From a virus (taxonomy: Duplodnaviria; Caudoviricetes), in IMG/VR virus record IMGVR_UViG_3300010885_059224, positions 9,835-73,834 of that record: 64,000 nucleotides of DNA, one strand, 5' to 3'. Below, one piece after another: positions 28,605 through 37,508 of this stretch. Each line of letters opens with the position of its first letter. Within the stretch, counting starts at the first letter, position 1. The position numbers were made by a program, and so were the translations under genes. The notes beneath the pieces were generated by a model. The model ran no database searches, was not told the origin of the DNA, and saw nothing but the letters and a program-made list of their open reading frames with translations.

Positions 28605-28679
28605 GCACGATTAGCTTAGCGGTAGAGCAGGTCCTTTACACGGACAAGGTCGGGGGTTCGATTCCCTCATCGTGCACCA
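28605..28679 (+). tRNA. tRNA-Val(TAC)
   Basis: Acceptor GCACGAT/ATCGTGC, loop TTTACAC, encoded CCA. Confidence 0.95.
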
Positions 28680-28680
28680 C

Positions 28681-28753
<73 letters not shown>

Positions 28754-28763
28754 CAAATTTAAT

Positions 28764-28849
28764 GGGTAGATACCGAAGCGGTCAAACGGGGTAGACTGTA
28801 AATCTACTGGCATTAGCCTTCGAAGGTTCGAGTCCTTCTCTGCCCACCA
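28764..28849 (+). tRNA. tRNA-Tyr(GTA)
   Basis: Acceptor GGGTAGA/TCTGCCC, loop CTGTAAA, long variable arm, encoded CCA. Confidence 0.95.
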
Positions 28850-28851
28850 AT

Positions 28852-28935
28852 TTTGCTAGATCAGGGGACAAGGGGCTACATGCCCCGTTCTGTAAGCTGT
28901 ATACAAGCGACAAGGACTTACCCTGATCTGGCAAA
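28852..28935 (+). ncRNA. candidate small structured RNA F (84 nt)
   Basis: 15-bp closing helix TTTGCTAGATCAGGG/CCCTGATCTGGCAAA (one U-G pair) enclosing two small hairpins; starts 2 nt after tRNA-Tyr. Confidence 0.55.
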
Positions 28936-28953
28936 TACTATAAAACACAAACC

Positions 28954-29130
28954 ATGCACATATACTCATCTAAAACAATTCTAGCATTCTCATTATTAAT
29001 GTACTTTGCCATCTCATTCTTTGTAATGATGAGCTGGTTTGGGATAATGAAAATAAGTTCTTCTATATCATATGATACAGCTATGAAAGAAAATAAAGCT
29101 AGATTAACACACCAGCCCATTAAGTTCTAA
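28954..29130 (+). CDS. small putative membrane protein (58 aa, not in the ORF track)
   Basis: MHIYSSKTILAFSLLMYFAISFFVMMSWFGIM...; one hydrophobic segment; AC-rich leader; next gene starts 4 nt later. Confidence 0.5.
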   Translation: MHIYSSKTILAFSLLMYFAISFFVMMSWFGIMKISSSISYDTAMKENKARLTHQPIKF

Positions 29131-29134
29131 AACT

Positions 29135-29347
29135 ATGACTACCAAAGAAAAGAAAGTAGACCATTACAAGGCTACAGAAAAAATGACAGAAGCGGAATGC
29201 TTGAAGTATTGTAAAAAGAAAGCCGCAGAGGACCTGGAGTTATTTCCTGACCTCACATTTGACAAAGAAAAGTTAATATCTGGATATATGGGTATGTACT
29301 ACAAGCCCAAAAAAGCCGTAAAAGATGAGAGTAAAGTACCTCAATAG
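29135..29347 (+). CDS. hypothetical protein
   Basis: 70 aa ORF. Confidence 0.55.
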   Translation: MTTKEKKVDHYKATEKMTEAECLKYCKKKAAEDLELFPDLTFDKEKLISGYMGMYYKPKKAVKDESKVPQ

Positions 29348-29501
29348 ACTAGAGCAATTGATGGTTGGGAATACATTATTGTCCAAAAGCTATTCATATA
29401 ACCTCATTAAAGATGCCAAGGCAGCGGTTAGATTCGGAGCTAAGGCGTCAGAAAAAACATTACTAGGGGCAGTATATATTGCCGCAGTAAAACAAAACTA
29501 A
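29325..29501 (+). CDS. small hypothetical protein (58 aa, not in the ORF track)
   Basis: MRVKYLNRLEQLMVG...AAVKQN*; fills the gap before 29523. Confidence 0.4.
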   Translation: MRVKYLNRLEQLMVGNTLLSKSYSYNLIKDAKAAVRFGAKASEKTLLGAVYIAAVKQN

Positions 29502-29522
29502 ACACCAAAACATAACACACAT

Positions 29523-29897
29523 ATGGGATTAGATATGTACGCAAGAAGCTACAAGGTCGTGGATACCCTTGGTGGTATAAGAGTTAAACCAAACAGTGAT
29601 ATTAGTGAAATACACTATTGGGAAAAACATCATGACCTACATGGTTGGATGCACAAGCTATATCTGGAGAAAGGGGGAACCAAAGAATTCAACTGTGAAT
29701 ATGTAAATCTAGACATGGAAGATCTGGACAGGTTAGAAAAGGATCTCAAGATGGAAGGATTACCTCCTACCACAGGATTCTTCTTTGGAAACAATCCTCC
29801 TGATGAAGATTCATTAGAGGATGACATGGAGTTTATCCGTAAAGCCAGAGATGAAATCCGTCAAGGAAGGCTAGTATATTACTCTAGCTGGTGGTAA
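29523..29897 (+). CDS. conserved hypothetical phage protein (MGLDMY type)
   Basis: 'MGLDMY', 'YWEKHHDLHGWM', 'FNCE', 'LPPTTGFFFG', 'VYYSSWW'. Confidence 0.8.
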   Translation: MGLDMYARSYKVVDTLGGIRVKPNSDISEIHYWEKHHDLHGWMHKLYLEKGGTKEFNCEYVNLDMEDLDRLEKDLKMEGLPPTTGFFFGNNPPDEDSLEDDMEFIRKARDEIRQGRLVYYSSWW

Positions 29898-29982
29898 CAT
29901 GCAGCTGTTGACTCTGTCCCTGCATCCATAGTGTGAAAGTTTAAAAAACGTTAGCACTAATGCTGGATGGTGTGGATCAGGT

Positions 29983-30020
29983 GGCCTCCCCTTAAAAATC
30001 CTCACAATTAGGGGGAGGCT
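29983..30020. terminator. hairpin between convergent genes (possible bidirectional terminator)
   Basis: GCCTCCCCTTAA/TTAGGGGGAGGC stem between a + gene and a - gene. Confidence 0.55.
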
Positions 30021-30024
30021 AACC

Positions 30025-31308
30025 TTATTCCGCTATGATAGGAACCTTGTACGAGGTAAGCTGTATCATATTCAATACCTGTCGGACATATCTTTCGTTA
30101 ATGAACGGTATTCCCATACCCAAGGTCATAAACTGCTTTCTAATTCCTTTAGAGAACAGATGTGAGCTATTGAAAAACTTATCGCTCATTTGGAAGGGCA
30201 CAACGCTATTTCCATGATGAATCATACCACTCCAGTAGAACGCTTCTTCATTATCTTCTGTCTTTTTACGGATTTCGTTAATTTCTAGTGCAAAATTTGT
30301 AAGTTGTTCTTCCTCACGTTCTTTAACAAGAAAGTATGAGGTTCCTCTTCTTACGAATGTTTTACCCTGCACAGTGAATTGCTGCTCTCTGGATTCTCTC
30401 CAGGAGCGCATCAAATCCTCTCCAGAGCGCTCTCCAAGCTCTTTTACCTGCTCATAGGATAGGTTTGCCACATAGTGATGAAGATTAGTGGTTCCCTCTT
30501 TGCCTATGAGTAAATCCATGGGGTTTGTTTTAAACTCCGACCTTTTTGCCTCACTCCATATTTTGATTAGGCTGGACGTATCAATACTATCAGATAATTT
30601 GATAGGTTGGTTCGTCCACCAATCAGCCTTGTAGTTCCAGGTAAAACCGGATCTGATTTTTAGCTCATTGAAATCTCCTAGAACCTCAGAGCCAATTTTA
30701 CCATACCAACCCATTTCGGCATTCATATATAGTTTTTCCCTTTCGGCTGGTGTTTGAAACTTAGCCAGCTCTAGAGAACAAATATGTTTAGGAGATACAA
30801 ATGAAGGTATGAGCAAAACCTTCTTATACTTCTGCTTAGGGCCCAGATTCAATTTAGGAAAGGCCTTAACCACATTTTCTGTGAGGTATCCTACTTCGTT
30901 CTCTAAGAACCCCGGCATACCTCCTACAGTTAATATATCTTTAAAATACATTACTTTATCCCCGTGTCTTGCTCTATGGTTCTTGGCTTCCTCTTTAGAG
31001 AGTTGCCATGCCCCTTGATACTGGGCGTGTAGATAATAGTTATTCCATAGCTTCCTTTCTGCATATTCAGACCTAGGAAGTTTAAAATCCAAGCAGTCAT
31101 CAAAGTTATCTAATACTGTGGTATATAGGGTAGGCCAGTCCTTACCCTCAAAAAAGTCAAACACAGTACCTACAAAGTTAGAGGTTTTAGACCTTGCAAA
31201 CCAGCCAAAGACTGGTATTCTTACAAAATCGAAATCATCCACTTTCAACCCCAGTTTGGACACTAAACGAGGCAGATTAATTTTGCTATTAAAATCGTTG
31301 ATATTCAT
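30025..31308 (-). CDS. hypothetical protein (427 aa)
   Basis: Long minus-strand ORF; start at 31308 (MNINDF) avoids overlap with the divergent gene at 31334. Confidence 0.75.
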   Translation of the reverse strand: MNINDFNSKINLPRLVSKLGLKVDDFDFVRIPVFGWFARSKTSNFVGTVFDFFEGKDWPTLYTTVLDNFDDCLDFKLPRSEYAERKLWNNYYLHAQYQGAWQLSKEEAKNHRARHGDKVMYFKDILTVGGMPGFLENEVGYLTENVVKAFPKLNLGPKQKYKKVLLIPSFVSPKHICSLELAKFQTPAEREKLYMNAEMGWYGKIGSEVLGDFNELKIRSGFTWNYKADWWTNQPIKLSDSIDTSSLIKIWSEAKRSEFKTNPMDLLIGKEGTTNLHHYVANLSYEQVKELGERSGEDLMRSWRESREQQFTVQGKTFVRRGTSYFLVKEREEEQLTNFALEINEIRKKTEDNEEAFYWSGMIHHGNSVVPFQMSDKFFNSSHLFSKGIRKQFMTLGMGIPFINERYVRQVLNMIQLTSYKVPIIAE

Positions 31309-31333
31309 GCTAAAATAAGGTAAATATAAAATT

Positions 31334-32386
31334 ATGAGTTCATTAAATTTTGACCAATCCACCGACTACTCCAATAAGGAGCTTTATCAATTACTCCGCG
31401 TTGCAGAACTTCCTGAATATGTGAAGACCGCTTCTGTGGATGACTATGATACCCTCCAAGGCCTCCCCAAAGAGGCGTTTGCGGATGAAGATCGTAGGAT
31501 TTATCCCCTGAATAGTGCTGCCCGTACATATGTGAGTAATGCTTATTTCATCAGCAAGAAAGCTGATATAGAAAAGCTATACGGTGATGGGTATGTTCGT
31601 CAACTAGAAAACAAGATTAAAGAGGCCGCTGAGATATTCCAAATTGAGGAAGATATCAATAGTTACTCTAATGAGTTCACAAAACAGGCTAGCTCAGATT
31701 ATCCAGAAACACACTTAGGTAACTTTGAACTTGCCGGTTTGGGTGCTATGGATCTTTATCCTGTTAAAACCGCAGCTGACCTCAGGGAGAATATGGACCA
31801 CATTGTAAACAACATCCATAACTATCCATTTGAGTGGAGAACCAAGCTAGCAGAGAATTCCGTTAAGGTTGCCGGTGAGCTAGGTGTGGACGAGGTTCCT
31901 GATCTGCTCCTTAAGTATGCCGGTTATTTCTATCCTGACTTTGCTGGTTTAAAAACAGAAGTCTGGAGAAGAAGCACAAAGCTCAAGCAAGCAGAGCATA
32001 AAGAGATGTATGAGAAAATCTCTGCAGATATCGAAAACATAAGCTCATCAGAAGAGGTTATGAAACTCGCAGAGACCCTAGCCCATATTGAGAATATGGA
32101 AGGTCTATATGATAATGTTAAAGTCGCACAGGTTCTTCGTGACCCTGTTGACATGATCTTCACGAAGAGCATAGAGAAAGTTGCAAGTGATCTTAACTTT
32201 GTTGAGGCTCACGGCGACAAGTATCTCATTGATGACCTTCAAAAGGTAGGTAAGGACAAGTATGAGGAAGCTTTTGGATTCGACCTGGATCCAGCAGATT
32301 CCACAAAGCTTGCAGAAGTATTCCCTACAATGCCACGTTCAGACATCAAGCTGTTCGAAGAGATCTCGGGTATCCGCCCAGTATAA
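31334..32386 (+). CDS. putative internal virion protein with repeated KxA motifs
   Basis: 350 aa, acidic, 14 K-x-A occurrences (KTAS, KQAS, KTAA, KVAS and others); followed by a terminator. Confidence 0.5.
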   Translation: MSSLNFDQSTDYSNKELYQLLRVAELPEYVKTASVDDYDTLQGLPKEAFADEDRRIYPLNSAARTYVSNAYFISKKADIEKLYGDGYVRQLENKIKEAAEIFQIEEDINSYSNEFTKQASSDYPETHLGNFELAGLGAMDLYPVKTAADLRENMDHIVNNIHNYPFEWRTKLAENSVKVAGELGVDEVPDLLLKYAGYFYPDFAGLKTEVWRRSTKLKQAEHKEMYEKISADIENISSSEEVMKLAETLAHIENMEGLYDNVKVAQVLRDPVDMIFTKSIEKVASDLNFVEAHGDKYLIDDLQKVGKDKYEEAFGFDLDPADSTKLAEVFPTMPRSDIKLFEEISGIRPV

Positions 32387-32408
32387 AAAAGTAAAAAAAT
32401 AAAATAAT

Positions 32409-32450
32409 ACCTCCCACGCCTCTCACTGAAGCGCACCAGGGAGGTTTTTT
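32409..32450 (+). terminator. intrinsic terminator-like hairpin
   Basis: ACCTCCC...GGGAGGT followed by a T tract. Confidence 0.55.
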
Positions 32451-32464
32451 ATTGTACACACAAT

Positions 32465-32656
32465 ATGAAGTATGAGGTAAAGGTTAAGAGAATATATACT
32501 ACTATTATATCCGTGGAGGCTGATGCCCCCTGGGATGCAAAAGACAAAGCCGCCGAAATACTACGGGTAGGTAAGTACTCGGACGGATCACAAATACCTA
32601 CATTCAAACCAGAAAACACACTCCCACAAGTAGAGTGGGGTTTCTGGGAAATATAA
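32465..32656 (+). CDS. small hypothetical protein
   Basis: 63 aa; 'YEVKV.....ISVEADAP.DAKDKA' is a common small-phage-protein pattern. Confidence 0.6.
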   Translation: MKYEVKVKRIYTTIISVEADAPWDAKDKAAEILRVGKYSDGSQIPTFKPENTLPQVEWGFWEI

Positions 32657-32667
32657 ACACACAACAA

Positions 32668-33120
32668 ATGGAAGCTAGAATTAAAGTACTTTGGAATGAC
32701 TGCGGACATGTTCGTAGATGGGGAGCAGACGTATACAAATGGAGCTGGAAAAACGGACCAGGTCTTGCAGATGTTCTACATCAATGCAGAATGGAGGGTT
32801 ACAACACTATGGTGCACGCTGATCCTCAGTTATGGCACAAAACCTTCTTTAAGGCTTATTGCGAGGTTCATACTCTATTAGATAAGCCATATGTGAATAA
32901 CCAAGAAAATTACGAACCCTCTGAGTTTGATCTGTGGGCTAGAACTTCTGCACGTATTTATTTCTCAACCAGAGATGCTGCGGAAACACCATGGACAACC
33001 AACAGGGTACAGTTCTACGACTATGTGCACACCCCTGTAGAGCACGTGGTATGGGCGGCAGCAGCAATTAAAGCAGTATACGATCAGGGTAAAGATTACT
33101 TTATCTTGAACCAGGCCTAA
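32668..33120 (+). CDS. hypothetical protein
   Basis: ORF 32635-33120; ATG at 32668 preferred because it follows an ACACACAACAA leader. Confidence 0.6.
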   Translation: MEARIKVLWNDCGHVRRWGADVYKWSWKNGPGLADVLHQCRMEGYNTMVHADPQLWHKTFFKAYCEVHTLLDKPYVNNQENYEPSEFDLWARTSARIYFSTRDAAETPWTTNRVQFYDYVHTPVEHVVWAAAAIKAVYDQGKDYFILNQA

Positions 33121-33128
33121 TCTACAAC

Positions 33129-33157
33129 TTGCAAAAGATATGAAACATTGATATCTT
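33129..33157 (+). promoter_or_regulatory. sigma-70-type promoter for the lone tRNA
   Basis: TTGCAA-N17-TATCTT with an extended TG; overlaps the inverted repeat AAGATAT/ATATCTT. Confidence 0.4.
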
Positions 33158-33176
33158 AACAAGAATTAAGATTTAA

Positions 33177-33248
33177 CGCAGAGTAGAGAAACGGTATCTC
33201 GCAACGCTCATAACGTTGAGACAGCAGGTTCAACTCCTGCCTCTGCCA
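33177..33248 (+). tRNA. tRNA with CAT anticodon, initiator-like tRNA-Met
   Basis: Acceptor CGCAGAG/CTCTGCC (C1-C72 mismatch), A73, loop CTCATAA, T-loop TTCAACT; CCA not encoded. Confidence 0.85.
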
Positions 33249-33265
33249 AATCTAATAAAACCTAA

Positions 33266-33820
33266 ATGAAATCCTCTAAGGAAATATTAAAAGATCAAAC
33301 TGCTCCGCTAATGGCTTTGGCCTACGTTATACAGGAGGAATTTGGCGTGGACTCTTTCACCTGGGAACCTCAACTTCTCAGAAACGAGCTAGAGACTAAG
33401 TATGACATAAAGATAACTGATCTGCAGTCTGATAAGATTCAGGCTGTGATTGTTATGTTAACCACAGATATGTATGAGACGGATGTACGAACATTCGAAG
33501 TACTCAACAGTTTAACAAATCATAATCATCAAGATTTTGAAGATTTTGAGCCCTCAGAAGCAGAAGAGATCGTTATTGGAATTACAGAAGCACTATTGCT
33601 TAAAATGGAACAGCTAGAATATAGTGACTCTGTTAAAGCTTATGCTGGCTGGGTATTTCATGAATACGGTTTTTGCAAAGCTCCTGATATCTTTCCTAAT
33701 GCTATCATGCCAGAAGGTTTCCCAACCGACGGAGATGACAAAGAAAAAAATCTGGCGCTAGAAGAAATATTTAATATGAAAATTGATAATGTGACGAAAT
33801 ATATGACAGACATTAAATAA
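33266..33820 (+). CDS. hypothetical acidic protein
   Basis: 184 aa ORF. Confidence 0.7.
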   Translation: MKSSKEILKDQTAPLMALAYVIQEEFGVDSFTWEPQLLRNELETKYDIKITDLQSDKIQAVIVMLTTDMYETDVRTFEVLNSLTNHNHQDFEDFEPSEAEEIVIGITEALLLKMEQLEYSDSVKAYAGWVFHEYGFCKAPDIFPNAIMPEGFPTDGDDKEKNLALEEIFNMKIDNVTKYMTDIK

Positions 33821-33822
33821 AG

Positions 33823-34944
33823 ATGAAAAAAGCACACACAGACCTATTCGACCGTCCGTCTGGATTAGGTGACACTAGAGTAGAATACTTATATAATAAA
33901 GAAAACGGAACATTACCATCTAAGGTATACGTTGGAGATCCGCTTGATTTAGAAAAGACTAGCCAGTTTATATCTGATAATTTTGATCCATTAAATTCAG
34001 AATTTGCGTTTAAAGGGGGGAAACTATCAGAATCAGGATTCTGGCTAGGTAAAGGAGAATATCTGGATATTATTCTTGAGGTTAGCGATTACGGAAGATC
34101 AAGAGAATATCTGCCGTACATTAGCGAAGAAAGTTATAATCTTAATAAACCTAAACAAGTAAAAACCTGCTCTGTTCAGGCTTGTGGTGGCTCCCCTGAA
34201 AAACTAAAAAAGTTAGGTGAGGAGTTGTCTAAGTTCAAACATGAAGCAGAAGCAAAGATATACCTATTAGTAAGCGAACATGGGGATACAGATTTACGGC
34301 CACTAGATGTGCCTGTAATAGACACTAACCTTGATTTGAATTACGGTACTGAGTTTAAAGAAGTACATGATAGTGTTATAGACTCATTAAAGAATAAATC
34401 CTCTGGTTTATACCTGTTTTATGGGGATCCAGGCACAGGTAAATCCTCGTATATCAAACATCTGCTATCAACAGTAAAAAATAGAAAGATTGTTTATATC
34501 CCTATTAGCCTTATTGATAGCCTGACATCGCCAAACTTCCTGCCGCTGCTCATGAGTAATAGGAACATGATTCTTGTTATAGAAGACGCAGAAAAGGCAC
34601 TATTATCCCGGGAAGAAGATAGAGGAAACTCATCACTGGTATCAACCATACTTAATCTTACGGATAGCTTTATAAGCAGTACCTTGAATGTAAGTATTAT
34701 TGCTACATTCAATACCAAAAAGGAAAATCTTGATAAGGCCTTGTTAAGAAAAGGCAGGTTGAAAGTCAGTCATGAGTTCAAGAAATTATCGGTAGAAGAT
34801 AGTCAGAAATTAATAGACTCTCTAGGTATACAACATACTGCAACAGAGAGTATGTCTATTGCTGACATCTATTATTTAGACGAAGATAATCGTCACAAAG
34901 AAGATAAAGAAGAAGATAGAGTTATTGGCTTTGGTAAGGCTTAA
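33823..34944 (+). CDS. AAA+ ATPase
   Basis: Walker A GDPGTGKS, Walker B LVIEDAE, second region of homology 'ATFN...LDKALLRKGRL'. Confidence 0.9.
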   Translation: MKKAHTDLFDRPSGLGDTRVEYLYNKENGTLPSKVYVGDPLDLEKTSQFISDNFDPLNSEFAFKGGKLSESGFWLGKGEYLDIILEVSDYGRSREYLPYISEESYNLNKPKQVKTCSVQACGGSPEKLKKLGEELSKFKHEAEAKIYLLVSEHGDTDLRPLDVPVIDTNLDLNYGTEFKEVHDSVIDSLKNKSSGLYLFYGDPGTGKSSYIKHLLSTVKNRKIVYIPISLIDSLTSPNFLPLLMSNRNMILVIEDAEKALLSREEDRGNSSLVSTILNLTDSFISSTLNVSIIATFNTKKENLDKALLRKGRLKVSHEFKKLSVEDSQKLIDSLGIQHTATESMSIADIYYLDEDNRHKEDKEEDRVIGFGKA

Positions 34945-36644
34945 ATAACATCTCTTGCACTACTACTTGCGCCCTGGAGACTAATATCTCCAGCGGCCAT
35001 GTAGGCGGCGCAAACAGCAAACACAAGACTGTGCATTGCATCATCAGGCTGGTTAGGGTTGTGGTTATAGAACATTTCCTGACCGTACATACCATCCTTT
35101 ACTTCTACATAAACATTTAATAAGTCCTGCATATAGTCGGACACATCCTCCCAATTAGGGAACAATATTTTACCTGCCTTTATTTGGCGTATAACTAATG
35201 AAATAACATCAGATCTATGTAGCACCCAGCGGTTTTGCCTCCAATCGTAATCTCCCATATCAAAATACTGAATAACTTTACTTCTCCTATATGTTGCTAA
35301 TTGCGAACGTGTAGGGCTTGTTAATTCACACAGTTTAATTCCTCTGATAGGGTCAGGACCGGAGTCAGCCACACAAAAGGCATTATAATCATTAGCTAAC
35401 TCTGAGATGTTTCTAATATGCCCTTCATGATCAAATCCATTGAATATCTTTACATAGAAAACCTCAAACACTCCATCGTTTCTCATGGCTCCTGCGGTGC
35501 ATATAGTTCTGCTTTGAACCATAGAAACACCCCAATCCACTCCAACCGTGTATATCTTATACATCGGCCGGTTCTTTTCATGAATAAGCTTTTGACCATT
35601 ACTATCCAACATCTTACCTAACACACAAACACGACGAAGTTCTTCTTCTGTGATGGGTTTTGTACCCATATCAAAAGTAAGCCCAAACACCTCGTTCATT
35701 ATCTTTTTATGATCGTACTTACCACTAGTACATTTTTCATAAATTTCTTTCCACTCTTTTTCAGTTTCATTAAAGAATGGCAGTATAGGCTGGGCTAGAT
35801 GATAACCAGTCATCAGGAAGTTAGTAGGATTTCCTGCCGCCCATTCACCATCTCTTGCATTAATAAGTTTAGAACACTTAGAACAACTCAAACCGTGCTC
35901 CAAAATCATTTTCATTGGGTCATTACCCTCTGTGAGACTATTCCAATGACCACATCCACAGCGCATCATCCACTCAAGCTGATTCGTTGTTTTCCATAAA
36001 CTATGAATAGTATTCGTACTATCCAAAGGAGTACCTGCAAAGATCTCTCTTTTGTAAGGGCTCAATGCCATAGTTTCCTGGATAATAGGAATCTGGTCAT
36101 ACATCATGTCTTGCACCTCATCATAAACAATACAATCAACCGCAGGTCCACGGACTCGCGTAGCATCATCTTTAACATAACGAAACAAGATACTGCTTCT
36201 GGTATCGCCCATAATTTTTTCAAACACATCATTCTTATCCCAACCTTTCACCAACATATTCTTAACCTTAGGGCTATCAAACCTGGGTGGAAGGTAATTA
36301 CTAGAGAAATACTTAACAGTTAATTCCTGAGGGCCAATATAGAGCATCTTGTAGTAGTTCCATCTCAACATATTCAAGCACACAAAATTACTCAAAAGTG
36401 TACTCTTTAAAGTTTTACGACTACACTTAAGGAGCAGTTTCTGTGGCATGTGGTCATACACATGTTTAAGCATCGGGAAATCAGTTAAATCTTGAAGCCT
36501 CCCCTCATTATCGAACAAATAGTTCTCGACAAAATGAGAGGGCGGAAGTACCGAAAACATCAGCTGTCGAGCGCGAAAAACAGCATCCTTGGTACCAACC
36601 TGGAAAAGTTTTTCTATAGTATCTTTGACATCAGAATGGGACAT
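34941..36644 (-). CDS. terL: terminase large subunit (GpA-like)
   Basis: Q-motif region, Walker A-like 'KCSRKTLKST', Walker B 'IVYDEVQD', 'AGTP', Zn finger CGCGH...CSKC, nuclease motifs 'GVDWG' and 'PDDAMHS'. Confidence 0.85.
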   Translation of the reverse strand: MSHSDVKDTIEKLFQVGTKDAVFRARQLMFSVLPPSHFVENYLFDNEGRLQDLTDFPMLKHVYDHMPQKLLLKCSRKTLKSTLLSNFVCLNMLRWNYYKMLYIGPQELTVKYFSSNYLPPRFDSPKVKNMLVKGWDKNDVFEKIMGDTRSSILFRYVKDDATRVRGPAVDCIVYDEVQDMMYDQIPIIQETMALSPYKREIFAGTPLDSTNTIHSLWKTTNQLEWMMRCGCGHWNSLTEGNDPMKMILEHGLSCSKCSKLINARDGEWAAGNPTNFLMTGYHLAQPILPFFNETEKEWKEIYEKCTSGKYDHKKIMNEVFGLTFDMGTKPITEEELRRVCVLGKMLDSNGQKLIHEKNRPMYKIYTVGVDWGVSMVQSRTICTAGAMRNDGVFEVFYVKIFNGFDHEGHIRNISELANDYNAFCVADSGPDPIRGIKLCELTSPTRSQLATYRRSKVIQYFDMGDYDWRQNRWVLHRSDVISLVIRQIKAGKILFPNWEDVSDYMQDLLNVYVEVKDGMYGQEMFYNHNPNQPDDAMHSLVFAVCAAYMAAGDISLQGASSSARDVI

Positions 36645-36814
36645 AGAACAAGAAAGAAGTTAAGTAAAAAACCGCAACAAGGCAATAACTTTGTTGCACT
36701 ATATGATTTTACATACAGATCATTAGATTCGCTAATATCCACCCTAACACCTAAAGTGAAGGGAAATAAAAAATATTATCCAATCTATGGAAAGAAGTAG
36801 TGTATAATTAATTA

Positions 36815-37006
36815 ATGAGCAAAACAGCAATATATTATAAAGTTAGAGACAGACTTTGCGGCTATGTAGAACCGATACTAAATCCGTTACTTAGTAAGTA
36901 TTATACAGATAGCAGCAAGTCTCAGCAACGCAAAGAGTTAACGCATATTCCTGAACCTCCAGTTCAGAAACCTATGCAACAACCACCACGACCTAAAAAG
37001 GTATAA
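36815..37006 (+). CDS. hypothetical protein
   Basis: 63 aa; TATAAT 6 nt upstream of the ATG. Confidence 0.5.
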   Translation: MSKTAIYYKVRDRLCGYVEPILNPLLSKYYTDSSKSQQRKELTHIPEPPVQKPMQQPPRPKKV

Positions 37007-37027
37007 CCCTTCAAAACAACACACACA

Positions 37028-37507
37028 TTGAAAAGAAGAAAAAAGAAAAAGGTTAACAAAAAAATAATTAAGAATGAGACTCCTCCCGTTAAAAGAGGTA
37101 GGGGTAGACCTAGAAAAGAGGTTAAAGCTGTAGAGGCAACTCCGGCTAAAAGACGTGGAAGGCCACCAAAGGTTAAAACACCATTGCCGGCTCCACTTAA
37201 GAAGGAAGACAAGCTAGCAGGGTTTAGAAGGCCCGTGAAGCTTGCTATAAGAAGCAAACCTGCAATGGGGTACAATGACACCCCGCAATCTCCTCAGGAG
37301 CTACAGATAGCCTCACACCCATTATATAATGGCTCTGTGTGGTTACTCTCCAAGCTGCCACCACATGAGGAGGAGTATATTAAGAAAATGGCTAGAAAGA
37401 GAGGCACCACTCCATTAAACACTATTATGGAGCATATCCTTGATTTCTTTGCCATAAGAGGCACAGAACTTGGTCAAGCATTAAAAGAAACACACAAACC
37501 CGTATAA
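37028..37507 (+). CDS. basic DNA-binding protein with two AT-hooks
   Basis: KRGRGRPRK and KRRGRPPK motifs; TTG start after an AC-rich leader; C-terminal ribbon-helix-helix-like segment. Confidence 0.65.
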   Translation: MKRRKKKKVNKKIIKNETPPVKRGRGRPRKEVKAVEATPAKRRGRPPKVKTPLPAPLKKEDKLAGFRRPVKLAIRSKPAMGYNDTPQSPQELQIASHPLYNGSVWLLSKLPPHEEEYIKKMARKRGTTPLNTIMEHILDFFAIRGTELGQALKETHKPV

Positions 37508-37508
37508 A

